Under the pieces are notes generated by a model, which made no database searches, was not told where the DNA came from, and saw only the letters and a program-made list of their open reading frames with translations. A stretch of 63,989 nucleotides of DNA from Octopus bimaculoides. Taxonomy: Eukaryota. The position numbers and the translations under genes are program-made. This document shows, piece after piece, positions 12,245 through 23,396 of this stretch (positions are counted from its first letter, which is position 1; the number at the start of each line of letters is the position of its first letter). Location: NCBI RefSeq assembly GCF_001194135.2, contig NC_068982.1, positions 104,722,991 to 104,786,979 of the forward strand, given 5' to 3'.

Positions 12245-13462
12245 AGCACCCTTGTCACCTTATGTTTTTAGCTAACAATAATTTTCCTTTTGGCCTTTGT
12301 TTACCCGTATCCAGTTTCTTTCAGCATTCTTTGAACTGCTCAAATATTTACATTTATTTCACATTTCTCCTTCACCTTCCATGCCATTACCTTTTCTCCA
12401 GCTGTCGTTGCACAGGACACAGTCATCATCATTTGACTTTGAGGTCTCTTCCCAAGCAATTTTTTCCTTCTCAATTTCTTCTTCTGGTTATAGTCATTCT
12501 TTAACATAGACTTCAAAATCTTCAAATCAACAACTATTTTTCTCAGATTTATGCCATATCTCTTCCTTCAAACTAAAGAAAGTATTTGCTTTGAATGCAT
12601 TTTCATTAGAAAAAAAAAAAAATTTCTCAAGTTTCTTGAATGATAATCCTTATTGGACTACTGCATGATGTCATTGCACAAAAAAAAGATTGCATAAAAA
12701 GTTAGAAGGGATGGTCCAAGGTGATGCTAAAGTAAGCATTCCGTTATGTCCAAAAAATAATGCTACATAATTTATATCAAAATATGCAAAAAGTATGCTT
12801 GAAATTTCTTGCCTTAAGGCGTTGTCCACAACAGATAGAAAATTTTGGTGGGTATAAATTCAAGAATTAATGATTGATTTAGCAATCAGAAATATTGGTT
12901 CAGAAGTATTTAAGTCTGAACCAATACAAAACACAAATTCATGTTGAAATTAATTTTGCCAGTATCTTACATAGATATTCATTGAAAAGAGGATATGAAA
13001 ATTTACTATTTAGTATCTAAGTAGCAAATGTTAGGTTATGAGAGATAAGACTTAAGAACAAAACTGGAAGAAACAAAGTGAAAACATTATTCACTTTTGT
13101 AGGCATATATTGAGACTAGTTAGTGTTACTCATCCTACAATTTGTTTTCTATCCAATTTTTTAAGAGTATAACTACATCTGTCCTAGAACTACATTTTAC
13201 CCCAAAGAATTTACAGATGTGCTTCATCGTTGTCATATATATATATATGTGTATCTCCACTTCCTATACACAACATCACAAGTAATAACATTCTATTGTA
13301 CTGTAAAATCCAAGGAAATCCTAGTCTACATTGACAAATAATCATCAAATGCTACTCAGTCTTAAACCTATGTTTTTATGTATGTTTCCTTGTTAGATTT
13401 AACATAATTCTTTTAAAAGTTAATTTTATAGGTTGATGACTTTTGTTTATTTCATTTTTCAG

Positions 13463-13528
13463 TTAAAATCTTCAAAAATATGGCTAGAGGAAAATCAAAA
13501 ATGCTCCAGTGACTCTGAAAAATCTTGT
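13463..13528 (+). other. Candidate 66-nt leader exon of the zinc-finger gene
   Basis: ttcatttttcag acceptor and GTAAGT donor at 13529. One frame is fully open and in phase with the acceptor at 22961; another carries MARGKSKMLQ*. Confidence 0.5.
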
Positions 13529-14149
13529 GTAAGTAAATAAACTGTTTCCTCACATATGTGTCTTTGTTTGAAAAATGTGAGTTTATTGAATCAATTTCTC
13601 AGTAAAAGACCATTTAAAATTGCATATAAATCAGTATATAGCATTCTGTAAAAGGGGTTCAAACTTATTTAGTGAATGTGAGCTGAATATTAGTGAGGTT
13701 CAAATAAGATGCAATATTCAAAGATTTACATTAGAGCAACTTAGTATATAGGTTTTGTAAATATATACTGTATATACAAATATATATTTGTAAATATATA
13801 CTGCTTATGATTTTGGTAAGTCCTTGAGGTTTTTTATTTTTTGAAGTCGCCATTGTCATTTTGGTTTTGAAGGAAGGTGTCAAAGCTCTGGTCTCAGTAG
13901 AAAGTATGTATCTTTTTGTTTGTGTGTTTTTCTAACTCATTTTGAAAAGGTGTATGCTAAGGATGTTAGTTTGGTTTTGTAATGTGGGTATATTGAGATT
14001 GTTATTGTGACAAAGACTATTGTTAGCCTTAGGAAGCTATTTTGTCTTATAATAAGTATTTAGTTGGAAGAGAGTTAGGGAAATGTTTATCATGTATTCA
14101 TAGTTGCTAGATGTGTGGAGCAGGAGATGTCTGTGGAGTTATAATTAGC

Positions 14150-14520
14150 TTCTTTCTTAGGATGTAAAGTGTTTGTGACGCAGTTATCATGCTTTATGTT
14201 ATCTATACTTATTTTGTACCAGGATGTGCTGTGTGCATTGAAGTCTGCCCTAATGATAGTCTTTAAGATTTAAGATGTTGTAGATGTGGTGCATAACTGA
14301 AGGGAGGTTGGTGGTGGCATGTATAAATGTAGTTCATATTACTAGCTTTTGAATGCTTGCATTCTAGTTGTCATGTTGTATTAATGATTGTCGTTTATGG
14401 CATCTATGTGCCGGATGCATGATTTTATGTACAAAGTAAGGCCTCCTCCCTGAGTGAATCTGTCTTGCTTTATCAATGTGTAACTTGGATATGTGGAGTC
14501 CTTTGTTAGCTGTGAAATTT
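14150..14520 (-). mobile_element. Decayed LINE apurinic-endonuclease domain
   Basis: Minus-strand TLIKQDRFTQGGGLTLYIKS and ADFNAHSTSWY (APE DFNAH motif). Confidence 0.7.
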
Positions 14521-16199
14521 TGTTTCTTGTACAATAAAAATGTGAATATTTCATGTGATTAAGGACATTTTTTTAGTTTCCTTAGACAGTGTATTGCTCT
14601 ATGTTTACTTTTTTCTTGCTTATTTTGGTTGTTTCTGTATTATTATCAGGAAAGGCTTTTCTTAGATTTGTTATTTAAAATAACGTAATTAAAAGGATTA
14701 TGAATGTAAGAAGGGAGATAATTAGATTCCCTTGATATGTTTTGTCATTTGAAGTTTGTTTATGTGACTTTCAATAGTTTATGCTGTCTCATTACATGTA
14801 TGTGAATGTAATTGTCGAAGTGTACTTACCTATTTTGAAATATTGTTTCTTGCTTTATCTCTGTTTCAAGTATGACTTTCTAGCTATGACCCTCTTATCT
14901 TTCCTAACATATTGTATGTTGTACTGAGTTATCCAGAATATTCTACTATTTCTAAGGGAGTATAGCAAGTTCGAGGGGAATTTGGCTGCTATTTAAAAGC
15001 AAAAGTGAAACATTATAATTAACCTCCCTGTTAATATTTAATTGCTCCCTAAGACAAAGTACATAAATACATTTAAGAGGCAGACAGTAGTATGGTAAAG
15101 AAATTCTTATAATTTCCACAATGTATTTGCATTAAGAATGATACATAGATGGCTATTTTAATCTAATACTGCTTCTGTTGCACATAATGGTTTCTTATAA
15201 TTTAATTTGTGTCATGGAACAACAAGCAACAGGAATATATCAAGATTTTAAATATATTACACCAAACCAAACAGTTAGAGCCCCTCCCCATGGCATTATT
15301 TGGTTTATTTACTTCTTGACGAAAAAGTAGAACTACTGTCACTATGGCTCTGGTAGTAAGAAAGGCATTCAACATAAGACTTACATTAAATTCATAAAGA
15401 TCATTTGAAAACTATTGTTATCAACATTTTATATCATTTTCCTTTCTGGCATAGGTGAGACATGTCATAGTTCAAGTCAGCTTCTATTTAGAGCATTTTG
15501 TCCTTTTAGACTGGGGATTACATCTTAGAATGTAATCTCTCTGGAATTCCATTCTCACCCATGTATTTTATGCAGATGTTTAAAGTGAATATTATGTATA
15601 TCAGTCTCATTAGTCTTGGCAGCCCTATGAAGATTCTGGCTAAACCATATCATCATCATCATATTTATCATCACATTCACTCTTCCATATTTGCTTGGGT
15701 CAGATGAAATTTGTAGAGACAGATTTTTTATGGTTGAATGCTCTTTTTGTCACCAACAGTCACCTCTTTCAAGTAAGCTTAATATTTCCTCTAGTTCTTT
15801 GAATGCCCCCAATGACTGGATATGATTTTGTGAAAGATTATAAACTGACTTTTTCAGTTAACACACAAATGAGTTGAATGATTCAACAGGATCTGATGAG
15901 TCAGAGCACTGAATCATGCTGCAGTGTCTGCCTTAGTATACTTTCTATGGTTAGATACTCTACTTAATACCAACCACTTTATATAGTTTTTTGGGTGCTT
16001 TTATGTGGCACTAACACTTGTGAAGTCATCTTACAAAATACAGGCTGAAGAACCTAAAGGGAACCCTATAAAAGAATAAGAGAGGATGTTTGAGTGAAGT
16101 CTGATGAGAGGAACAGCTACAAACCTTTTGAAATTCTTTTGTGTCTTAATTTGCAAGAAAAATTCATTGGTTTTTCTCAAGAGCTTAACTTCCTTATAA

Positions 16200-16415
16200 G
16201 GGTTGGTTTCCCAGTTTCATAGTGTATATATATTCCCCACCTGGATGGGACACCAGTCCATCACACGATTACTCATTTTTGCCAGCTGAGTGAACTGGAG
16301 CAACATGAAATGAAGTGTTTTGCTCAAGAACACAATGTGTTGCCTAGTACAGAAATTGAAACCACAATCTTAGAATCATGAGTCCAGTACCCTAACCACT
16401 AAGCCACATGCCTCC
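16200..16415 (-). mobile_element. tRNA-headed CORE-type SINE (same variant as 63454-63690)
   Basis: Reverse complement of the tRNA head and of the CORE segment cacttcatttcatgttgctccagttcactcagctg. Confidence 0.75.
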
Positions 16416-16469
16416 GCATTAGTTGATTAAGATCAGTGCCAGTTCCTGACTGGTATTTACTTAATTTAA

Positions 16470-16690
16470 CCCTTTTGATACCAACCTACCTTAGACCGCT
16501 TCTGGTTCTATAATACAAACTCACTGTTTTTAAAGTGGTCTAATTTATAATATTCATTCAAAATTTTATGCTAATTTATTCCAGACCCTGGGTTAATAAT
16601 GAGAAAGTTATTTTACTAAATTCTTCATTATTTAAAAAATTAATTGAAAGAAAGCTAACTTATGTCAGCAGAAATAGGGTAACAAAAGGG
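16470..16690. mobile_element. piggyBac-type MITE
   Basis: TTAA|CCCTTTTGATACC ... GGTAACAAAAGGG|CTAA: CCC/GGG termini and a TTAA-like TSD. Confidence 0.7.
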
Positions 16691-17607
16691 CTAACCTTGG
16701 AAGTTTATTTTGGTAGGATTTAAAATCAGAACAGAAAGGGACATAATTAAATACTGCTAAGGCATTTTGTTTGACACTTTAAGAAACTTGCCAGTTTGCC
16801 ACCTGTAGGCTTGTATAAGTAATAAACATACAGAAATTAACTCAAAATATATTTTCGCAGCTACCTACATTTAAGCTTAAAATTAAGGAATTGATATCTC
16901 TTTGGAAATTTTGTATAGAAATGTTGTTGATTTCATCAGTGGAGAGGTTCTGGAGATGTTTTTGATTTGGAATCAAACATCCACTAAAAATTATACTTCC
17001 AGCACAGTGTCCAAAATGGTATGATGCAACAAGATTAATAGCAGTTTGGTAATAATGCTATTAATAAATAACATTAGGTGTTCCTTTAACTGTTCATGTA
17101 TTCTTCAATTAATGGTGCATTGACTCATATCTTTGGTTGATTGGAGAACTTTAAATTTGTTGGTTTGATATTCATTCTTGTGCATTCACAATCACTTTTA
17201 TTAGCTAAAGTAACTATGAAATTACCTCTTATGAACAGACCTTACTTCTTATTGTGTTTCACATATCATCATCAACTTCTTCATCAGTTGTATAATTACA
17301 AATCTCTATTTTTCCCAATTATTTCTAATCGTTGAACCTCACTTCTTGTGAAAATCAAAAACTAGGAATTTCTCATTTCAAGTTTTTGATTTTCAAAATC
17401 TATTATTGTTGCAGCTAATTACAATCCATAAACTCAAATAATTTATTTCATGTGCATTTTTGGTAGATATTCTAACTATTATAACTCCACCTATCTCTTT
17501 TTAACACTTTCAACATACAACTCCTTTCTCAACAATTCTCATTAAGATTGTATTCAATTCTCCCTATCTTCCTCTTTGTCTTTCATTATTATTAATATCA
17601 TTATGAT

Positions 17608-17827
17608 AAGGCTGCAAGCTAGCAGAATCATAAGCATGCCAAGTAAAATGCTTAGCAGCATTTCATCTGTCTTCACGGTCTGAGTCGAAATTCCATCAAG
17701 ATTAACTTTGCCTTTCATCCTTTCAGGATTGATGAAATAAGTACTAGATGAGCACTGGGATTGATGTAATTGACTAATCCCCCACCTCACCCCTCAAAAT
17801 TTCAGGCCTTGTGCCTATAGACGTAAG
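17608..17827 (+). mobile_element. tRNA-derived SINE, family A, followed by an (ATT)n tail
   Basis: aaggctgcaagctagcagaatc...ctttgcctttcatcctttcagg...aggccttgtgcctatag. Confidence 0.85.
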
Positions 17828-17855
17828 CATTATTATTATTATTATTATTATTATT

Positions 17856-19790
17856 TATTGTCTTTGCACAGCTTCTAATGCTGGAGATGTACTACAGTGA
17901 TAGCTGTTCACTACCAGTGAACTAAGATAACACCCCTTATTTATCAAGCACCATCCGGAGTATTCGAGCGATTCCAAGCAGTGCTGTTTTCTGCAAGTGC
18001 TCCACCTGTATTGCAGCCCCTATTTGTTCCATGTACTTCTCAAGATTTTTACTCGCTGTTCCCAGGGCTCCAACAGTTATTGGTACTACTGCCACCTTTG
18101 TCATCAACCACAACTGCTTAACCTCCCAAGCTAACCTCTCATATCTATTGACTTTTCTTTTTTCCTTATCACATACCTTGTTGTTAGCTGGGCATGCTAT
18201 ATCTATGATCCAGCATCATTTGCTTTCTTTCTCAATTAAGACTATATCTGGTTTCCTATTTTCTATCTCATGGTCGCACTGAATCATAAAATCCCATAAG
18301 ATCTTTGCATTATCATTTTTGATGATGTCTTCGGGTTTATGTTCATGCTACTTTTTTACTTTGTCAAGTCCATACTTGTTGCAAAGTGTCCACTGGACAA
18401 TCCTTGCTATATTGTCATGATGTCTCTTATATTCTTTCTGGGCTAGTGGCGTACGTTGACTGGTAATATGCCATATGGTTTCATCATTTTGTCCACAAAT
18501 TCTGCATTTATCACTTTTTGATGTCTATTCTGTATTCGATGTAATTGGTTCTTAATGCTTGCTCTTGGGCAGCACAAATTAGAGCCTCCATTTCCAATTT
18601 TAAATCACTTTCAGTCATCCATAGCCATCTTTCTTCTCTGTTTTATCTTCAACATCCCTATGAAATTGTCCATGCATTCTTTTCTTTATCCACCTATTTT
18701 CAGTTTCATTCATTCTCAAGTGCTTGTACAGTGCTTAATCTTTGCAATCTTCCATCCTACACAAGCCTGACCTTCTTACTTCCAATAATAGTGGTTCTGT
18801 GGCATTTTTTACATACTATGCTATGTTGTTTTCTTCTGCTCTAATGCTGTGTTCGCATCCAATCAGTCCTCTTCCCCCTCTTTTTCTTGGTACATACAGT
18901 CTGTCTGTGTCACTTTTTGGGTGGCGTATCCCATATCTAGTCAGCAACTCCCTTGTCTTTCTGTCTAAGCAGATTAGTTTGTCTACTGTCCATGCAATTA
19001 CCCCTAATCTATATCTAAGGAGTGAAACCACCCAGGTGTCCATTTAATTTCAACTTAAGGATCAGTCTCAGTCTGTGCAAGTATTCTACCTTAAATTTTT
19101 CTATCATTTATTTCTCCATCAATTTATCCATTTCCAATATCCCCAAGTACTTACAGTCCGTCTCTTCTATCTGCTTCATAACTTCCCCCAACAGTATCGC
19201 TAGCCCGTCCATACATTTGATTTTGCCTCTCTTCAACACTAACACACCACACTTTTTCAGTCCGAACTCCATTCTGATATCAGCACTGAAAGTATTTACC
19301 GTATCAATGAGGGAACTGACTTGGGATTCATCTTTACCATAAAGTTTAAGGTCATCCATGAATAAGAAGTGGTTGACTTTTTGTTGGTGGCTTTTGAATA
19401 CATACCCAGCCTTTGCTTTCTTCAGAATCAGTGTTAACAGTATCGAGCACAGTACAAAGATCAGTGGGGACAGGCGGTCCCCTCGGAAGATGCCTCTCCT
19501 GATTTCTATTCTCCCTAAACTTCTTCCATATGCTGTCAGTTCCATCCTCCACTTCGCCATACTTTTTCCAAGCAATTACTCAACATTTGATGCAATACCA
19601 AATAGGTTCATACATTCCATAATCCAAGAATGAGGGATCATATCGTACGCCTTATGATAATTGATCCATGACCTGGCTAAGTTAGTTTTCCTCTTCTTGC
19701 AGTCTCTAAGTACAGTTTTGTCTACCAGGAGTTGATCCTTGGTACCTTTGCACTTATGCTTGCAACCTTTCTGCACATGTGGCAGAACTC
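17856..19790 (-). mobile_element. 5'-truncated R4/Dong-type non-LTR retrotransposon (RT, CCHC knuckle, restriction-like endonuclease), degraded
   Basis: [123 protein letters not shown] (stop 17937-17939). Short 3' UTR with AATAAA running into (TAA)n. Confidence 0.9.
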
Positions 19791-19807
19791 TGTTGTTGTT
19801 ATTGTTA

Positions 19808-19844
<37 letters not shown>

Positions 19845-19845
<1 letters not shown>

Positions 19846-21003
19846 TCTATATAAACGAAAATGAAGTAAATTGACAAATTTATTTTTTGAACCAGTGGAA
19901 GACACGCAAGATGTCGAAATATTGTTCACGAGATAGCAAATGGCACTCTTCTTTTAATTTTGACTCTATATCTTCAGGAGGAGTTACCTCAATCCTTTCT
20001 ATATAAACGAAAATGAAGTAAATTGACAAATTTATTTTTTGAACCAGTGGAAGACACGCAAGATGTCGAAATATTGNNNNNNNNNNNNNNNNNNNNNNNN
20101 NNNNNNNNNNNNNNNNNNNNNNNNNNNNNNNNNNNNNNNNNNNNNNNNNNNNNNNNNNNNNNNNNNNNNNNNNNNNNNNNNNNNNNNNNNNNNNNNNNNN
20201 NNNNNNNNNNNNNNNNNNNNNNNNNNNNNNNNNNNNNNNNNNNNNNNNNNNNNNNNNNNNNNNNNNNNNNNNNNNNNNNNNNNNNNNNNNNNNNNNNNNN
20301 NNNNNNNNNNNNNNNNNNNNNNNNNNNNNNNNNNNNNNNNNNNNNNNNNNNNNNNNNNNNNNNNNNNNNNNNNNNNNNNNNNNNNNNNNNNNNNNNNNNN
20401 NNNNNNNNNNNNNNNNNNNNNNNNNNNNNNNNNNNNNNNNNNNNNNNNNNNNNNNNNNNNNNNNNNNNNNNNNNNNNNNNNNNNNNNNNNNNNNNNNNNN
20501 NNNNNNNNNNNNNNNNNNNNNNNNNNNNNNNNNNNNNNNNNNNNNNNNNNNNNNNNNNNNNNNNNNNNNNNNNNNNNNNNNNNNNNNNNNNNNNNNNNNN
20601 NNNNNNNNNNNNNNNNNNNNNNNNNNNNNNNNNNNNNNNNNNNNNNNNNNNNNNNNNNNNNNNNNNNNNNNNNNNNNNNNNNNNNNNNNNNNNNNNNNNN
20701 NNNNNNNNNNNNNNNNNNNNNNNNNNNNNNNNNNNNNNNNNNNNNNNNNNNNNNNNNNNNNNNNNNNNNNNNNNNNNNNNNNNNNNNNNNNNNNNNNNNN
20801 NNNNNNNNNNNNNNNNNNNNNNNNNNNNNNNNNNNNNNNNNNNNNNNNNNNNNNNNNNNNNNNNNNNNNNNNNNNNNNNNNNNNNNNNNNNNNNNNNNNN
20901 NNNNNNNNNNNNNNNNNNNNNNNNNNNNNNNNNNNNNNNNNNNNNNNNNNNNNNNNNNNNNNNNNNNNNGAGATAGCAAATGGCACTCTTCTTTTAATTT
21001 TGA
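19845..21003 (+). repeat. 152-bp tandem repeat spanning an assembly gap; each unit carries a hammerhead-shaped motif
   Basis: Unit starts at 19845 and again at 19997 (period 152); the same unit resumes at 20971-21003 after the gap; bounded by (ATT)n on both sides. Confidence 0.85.
20077..20970. other. Assembly gap (894 N)
   Basis: Run of N; ORF-track entries crossing it are artefacts. Confidence 1.
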
Positions 21004-21060
<57 letters not shown>

Positions 21061-21061
<1 letters not shown>

Positions 21062-21280
21062 AGGTGGCAAGCTGGCAGAATTGTTAGCATGTTAGACAAA
21101 ATGCTTAGCAGCATTTCTTCAGGCTTTTTATTCTGAGTTTAAATTCCACTGAGATTGATTTTGACTTTCATCCTTTCAGAGTTGATAAAATAAATACCAA
21201 TTAAGCACTGGGGTCAGTGTAATTGACCTCCCACACCTCTCAAAATTGCTTGCCTTGTGCCAAAAATTTGAAAGAATTGT
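21061..21280 (+). mobile_element. tRNA-derived SINE, family A, preceded by (ATT)n
   Basis: aaggtggcaagctggcagaattgttagc...actttcatcctttcagagttgataaaataaatacc...gccttgtgcc. Confidence 0.85.
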
Positions 21281-22969
21281 TATTTTTAGTGCCTTTACTC
21301 TTTTGAGCATTCACTGTCTTTTATTGTTTTATTTACTTATTTAATTAGTAACAATTTTCATTTTTCAAACTTTTGTTATGTAATTAAATTTAAAGGTTCA
21401 CCTATATTTTTTACTACTGTTACTGCTACTTTTGTTGTTGCTGATACTACTACTACTCCCAGCCCCTTATACAATTTAAGTCACCATTTCTCACTGTTGT
21501 TTCTGTTCTGTTGTCATGGACTGACTGATAGATTTCTCTTCTTCAAAGTCATTAATCCCTTTGCATTTAAACTGGCTATATCAGGCCTGTTGTAATTGCT
21601 TTAATTTCAACACAGTCTCAGATCAAATCACTTCCCAGACAAGTATAATTGTGAAATATATTCAATTCATTTCTCTTAAATTTTTCCTGCTATAATGCTT
21701 TTGGATTATAATCCTTTTGTTCAGAAAGAGGATCTATATAGTTTCAACAGTTAGCTCTAAGTATCTTTCAACCAGTTGCACACTCTTCCATCTACTATCT
21801 GCTACCTCTCACATTCTTTGTCAGTTCACTATAACCTATATAAATTTCACTTTGTCTGTTGTAAATTTCTACTTGTTACATTGCCTACATAATATTGAAT
21901 TTCCACCAAATTCTTACTTGAAAGGCTTTTTTTTTTTTATTATTTAGTGCTAATATATTAGTCTTAACCATATTATCTTCAAACTCCTTGTTTCAAGCTC
22001 TTTTTGGTTTCAAAGTTCTGCAGTTTATGGATTGAGATTGCTGTGAAAACAAAATCATTTTAATAGTCATCTATTGAGACTAGCTACTGCATTAATTTTG
22101 TGAAGTGAGAGCTGCTATAACACATCTTCAAAAATCACATTTAATTATTTGGTCAAAATGCCCAGCCAATGCTAAATTGCAAACATAGGTTTAGGATGTA
22201 TGTGTGTGAAACTGCATCCATACACATACATATGCTTACTTCATAAATTATGGCCTTTCAATGATGAATGTATCTTAAATGAGAATGTGTGTAGAGAAAC
22301 AGATTAAAGAGAAAGAAAAGTTGAGCAAGCTAGATGAAGAATTAAGCTCACATCCTCTGATTAATGTCCGTCTTTTATACTAACCTAATTCATCCCAATA
22401 AAGGAGCCTCTACATAGTTATTTGACTTGCCATTGTAGCAACCAAGCCTTTTTCACCAGACTTTTTAACATAATTTAAAATGGGTGTTACTGGGTCCAGT
22501 TCTGAATACTAGAACAGACTGGCCACAATGAAGTTGGGATGATCATAGATGTGGAAGCAATTTTCACTATGCACTTCTACTATTCTCTATTTTCTTCATT
22601 CTCGTCTGTTTACATGTTTTCATTTAAAATACACACGCAAACTCAGTATCATTATCATCTGGATATCATAGTCATTTACTATAAAATTTAAGAACATTGT
22701 GAAATTTCTAAATTCAGCTTGTTTTCCTATATAAAATCTGAAGAATTGCTCATAATTATAAGGATGTTAGTAGTTTGCAATAACTGGTATAGAGACTTTG
22801 AAGGATATTTTGAGCATTATCATTAGAATAGTGTGATCCATTGTATTGCCATTCATTTCAAATTGTTTATGGAGTAAAGTGTCAGTAGTTGTTTATGCAT
22901 TATTTATCTGCTGAAATAATCAACTACCAATAGTTTTGGGTATGTATTCTATATTTGTAGATAGACAAT

Positions 22970-23396
22970 ATGGAAGAAGACCCCTATAATAGCAGTGGGG
23001 ATGACAAGCCGGAAATCCGACATAGTACCATTGCTAGACTCCTACTATCCAATAGGATGACACGTCATGATGTAAACAATGAAGTTCCTTCGGCAACAGA
23101 AGAAAACAACTTGAATGAAGTACAGACCATCACACTTGATGGGGATTCCTCCCAGGACCAGCACTATGTGGTGAACTATGCCAGCCGCAGTGACTTTGAC
23201 ACTACCAGAAGTGAGTATGAAATGAACCGGGGAGATTTTTCACCATTGGAAGAGTACAATGAGGACAGGTCATCACCTGAGAACCTTGTCACTCCAACCG
23301 GTTTCTCTATTGCTGCTCGCCTCTACAAGTGTAGATTTTGCAACTTTTCAACCATGAAGTACACACAGCTCCAACTCCACATGCCCAAGCATGGTG
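22970..23396 (+). CDS. Hunchback/Ikaros(Pegasus)-like C2H2 zinc-finger protein, coding exon 1
   Basis: MEEDPYNSSGDD...YKCRFCNFSTMKYTQLQLHMPKHG; acceptors end at 22960 and 22964; G|GTGAGT donor at 23397 (phase 1). The start codon at 22970 is the likely but unproven initiator. Confidence 0.85.

Noticed and set aside
15894-15925. CTGATGAG followed by a small hairpin; similar CTGATGA hits near 16102, 42996 and 62710
   Set aside because: No GAAA closing stem II and no stem I.
19870-20000. Protein-looking minus-strand peptide [31 protein letters not shown]
   Set aside because: It is the antisense reading of the 152-bp repeat unit, with no start context or recognisable homology.
19880-21136. Long ORFs of 317-396 aa in the ORF track
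   Set aside because: They consist of N-gap translations and (ATT)n-encoded poly-N/poly-I runs.
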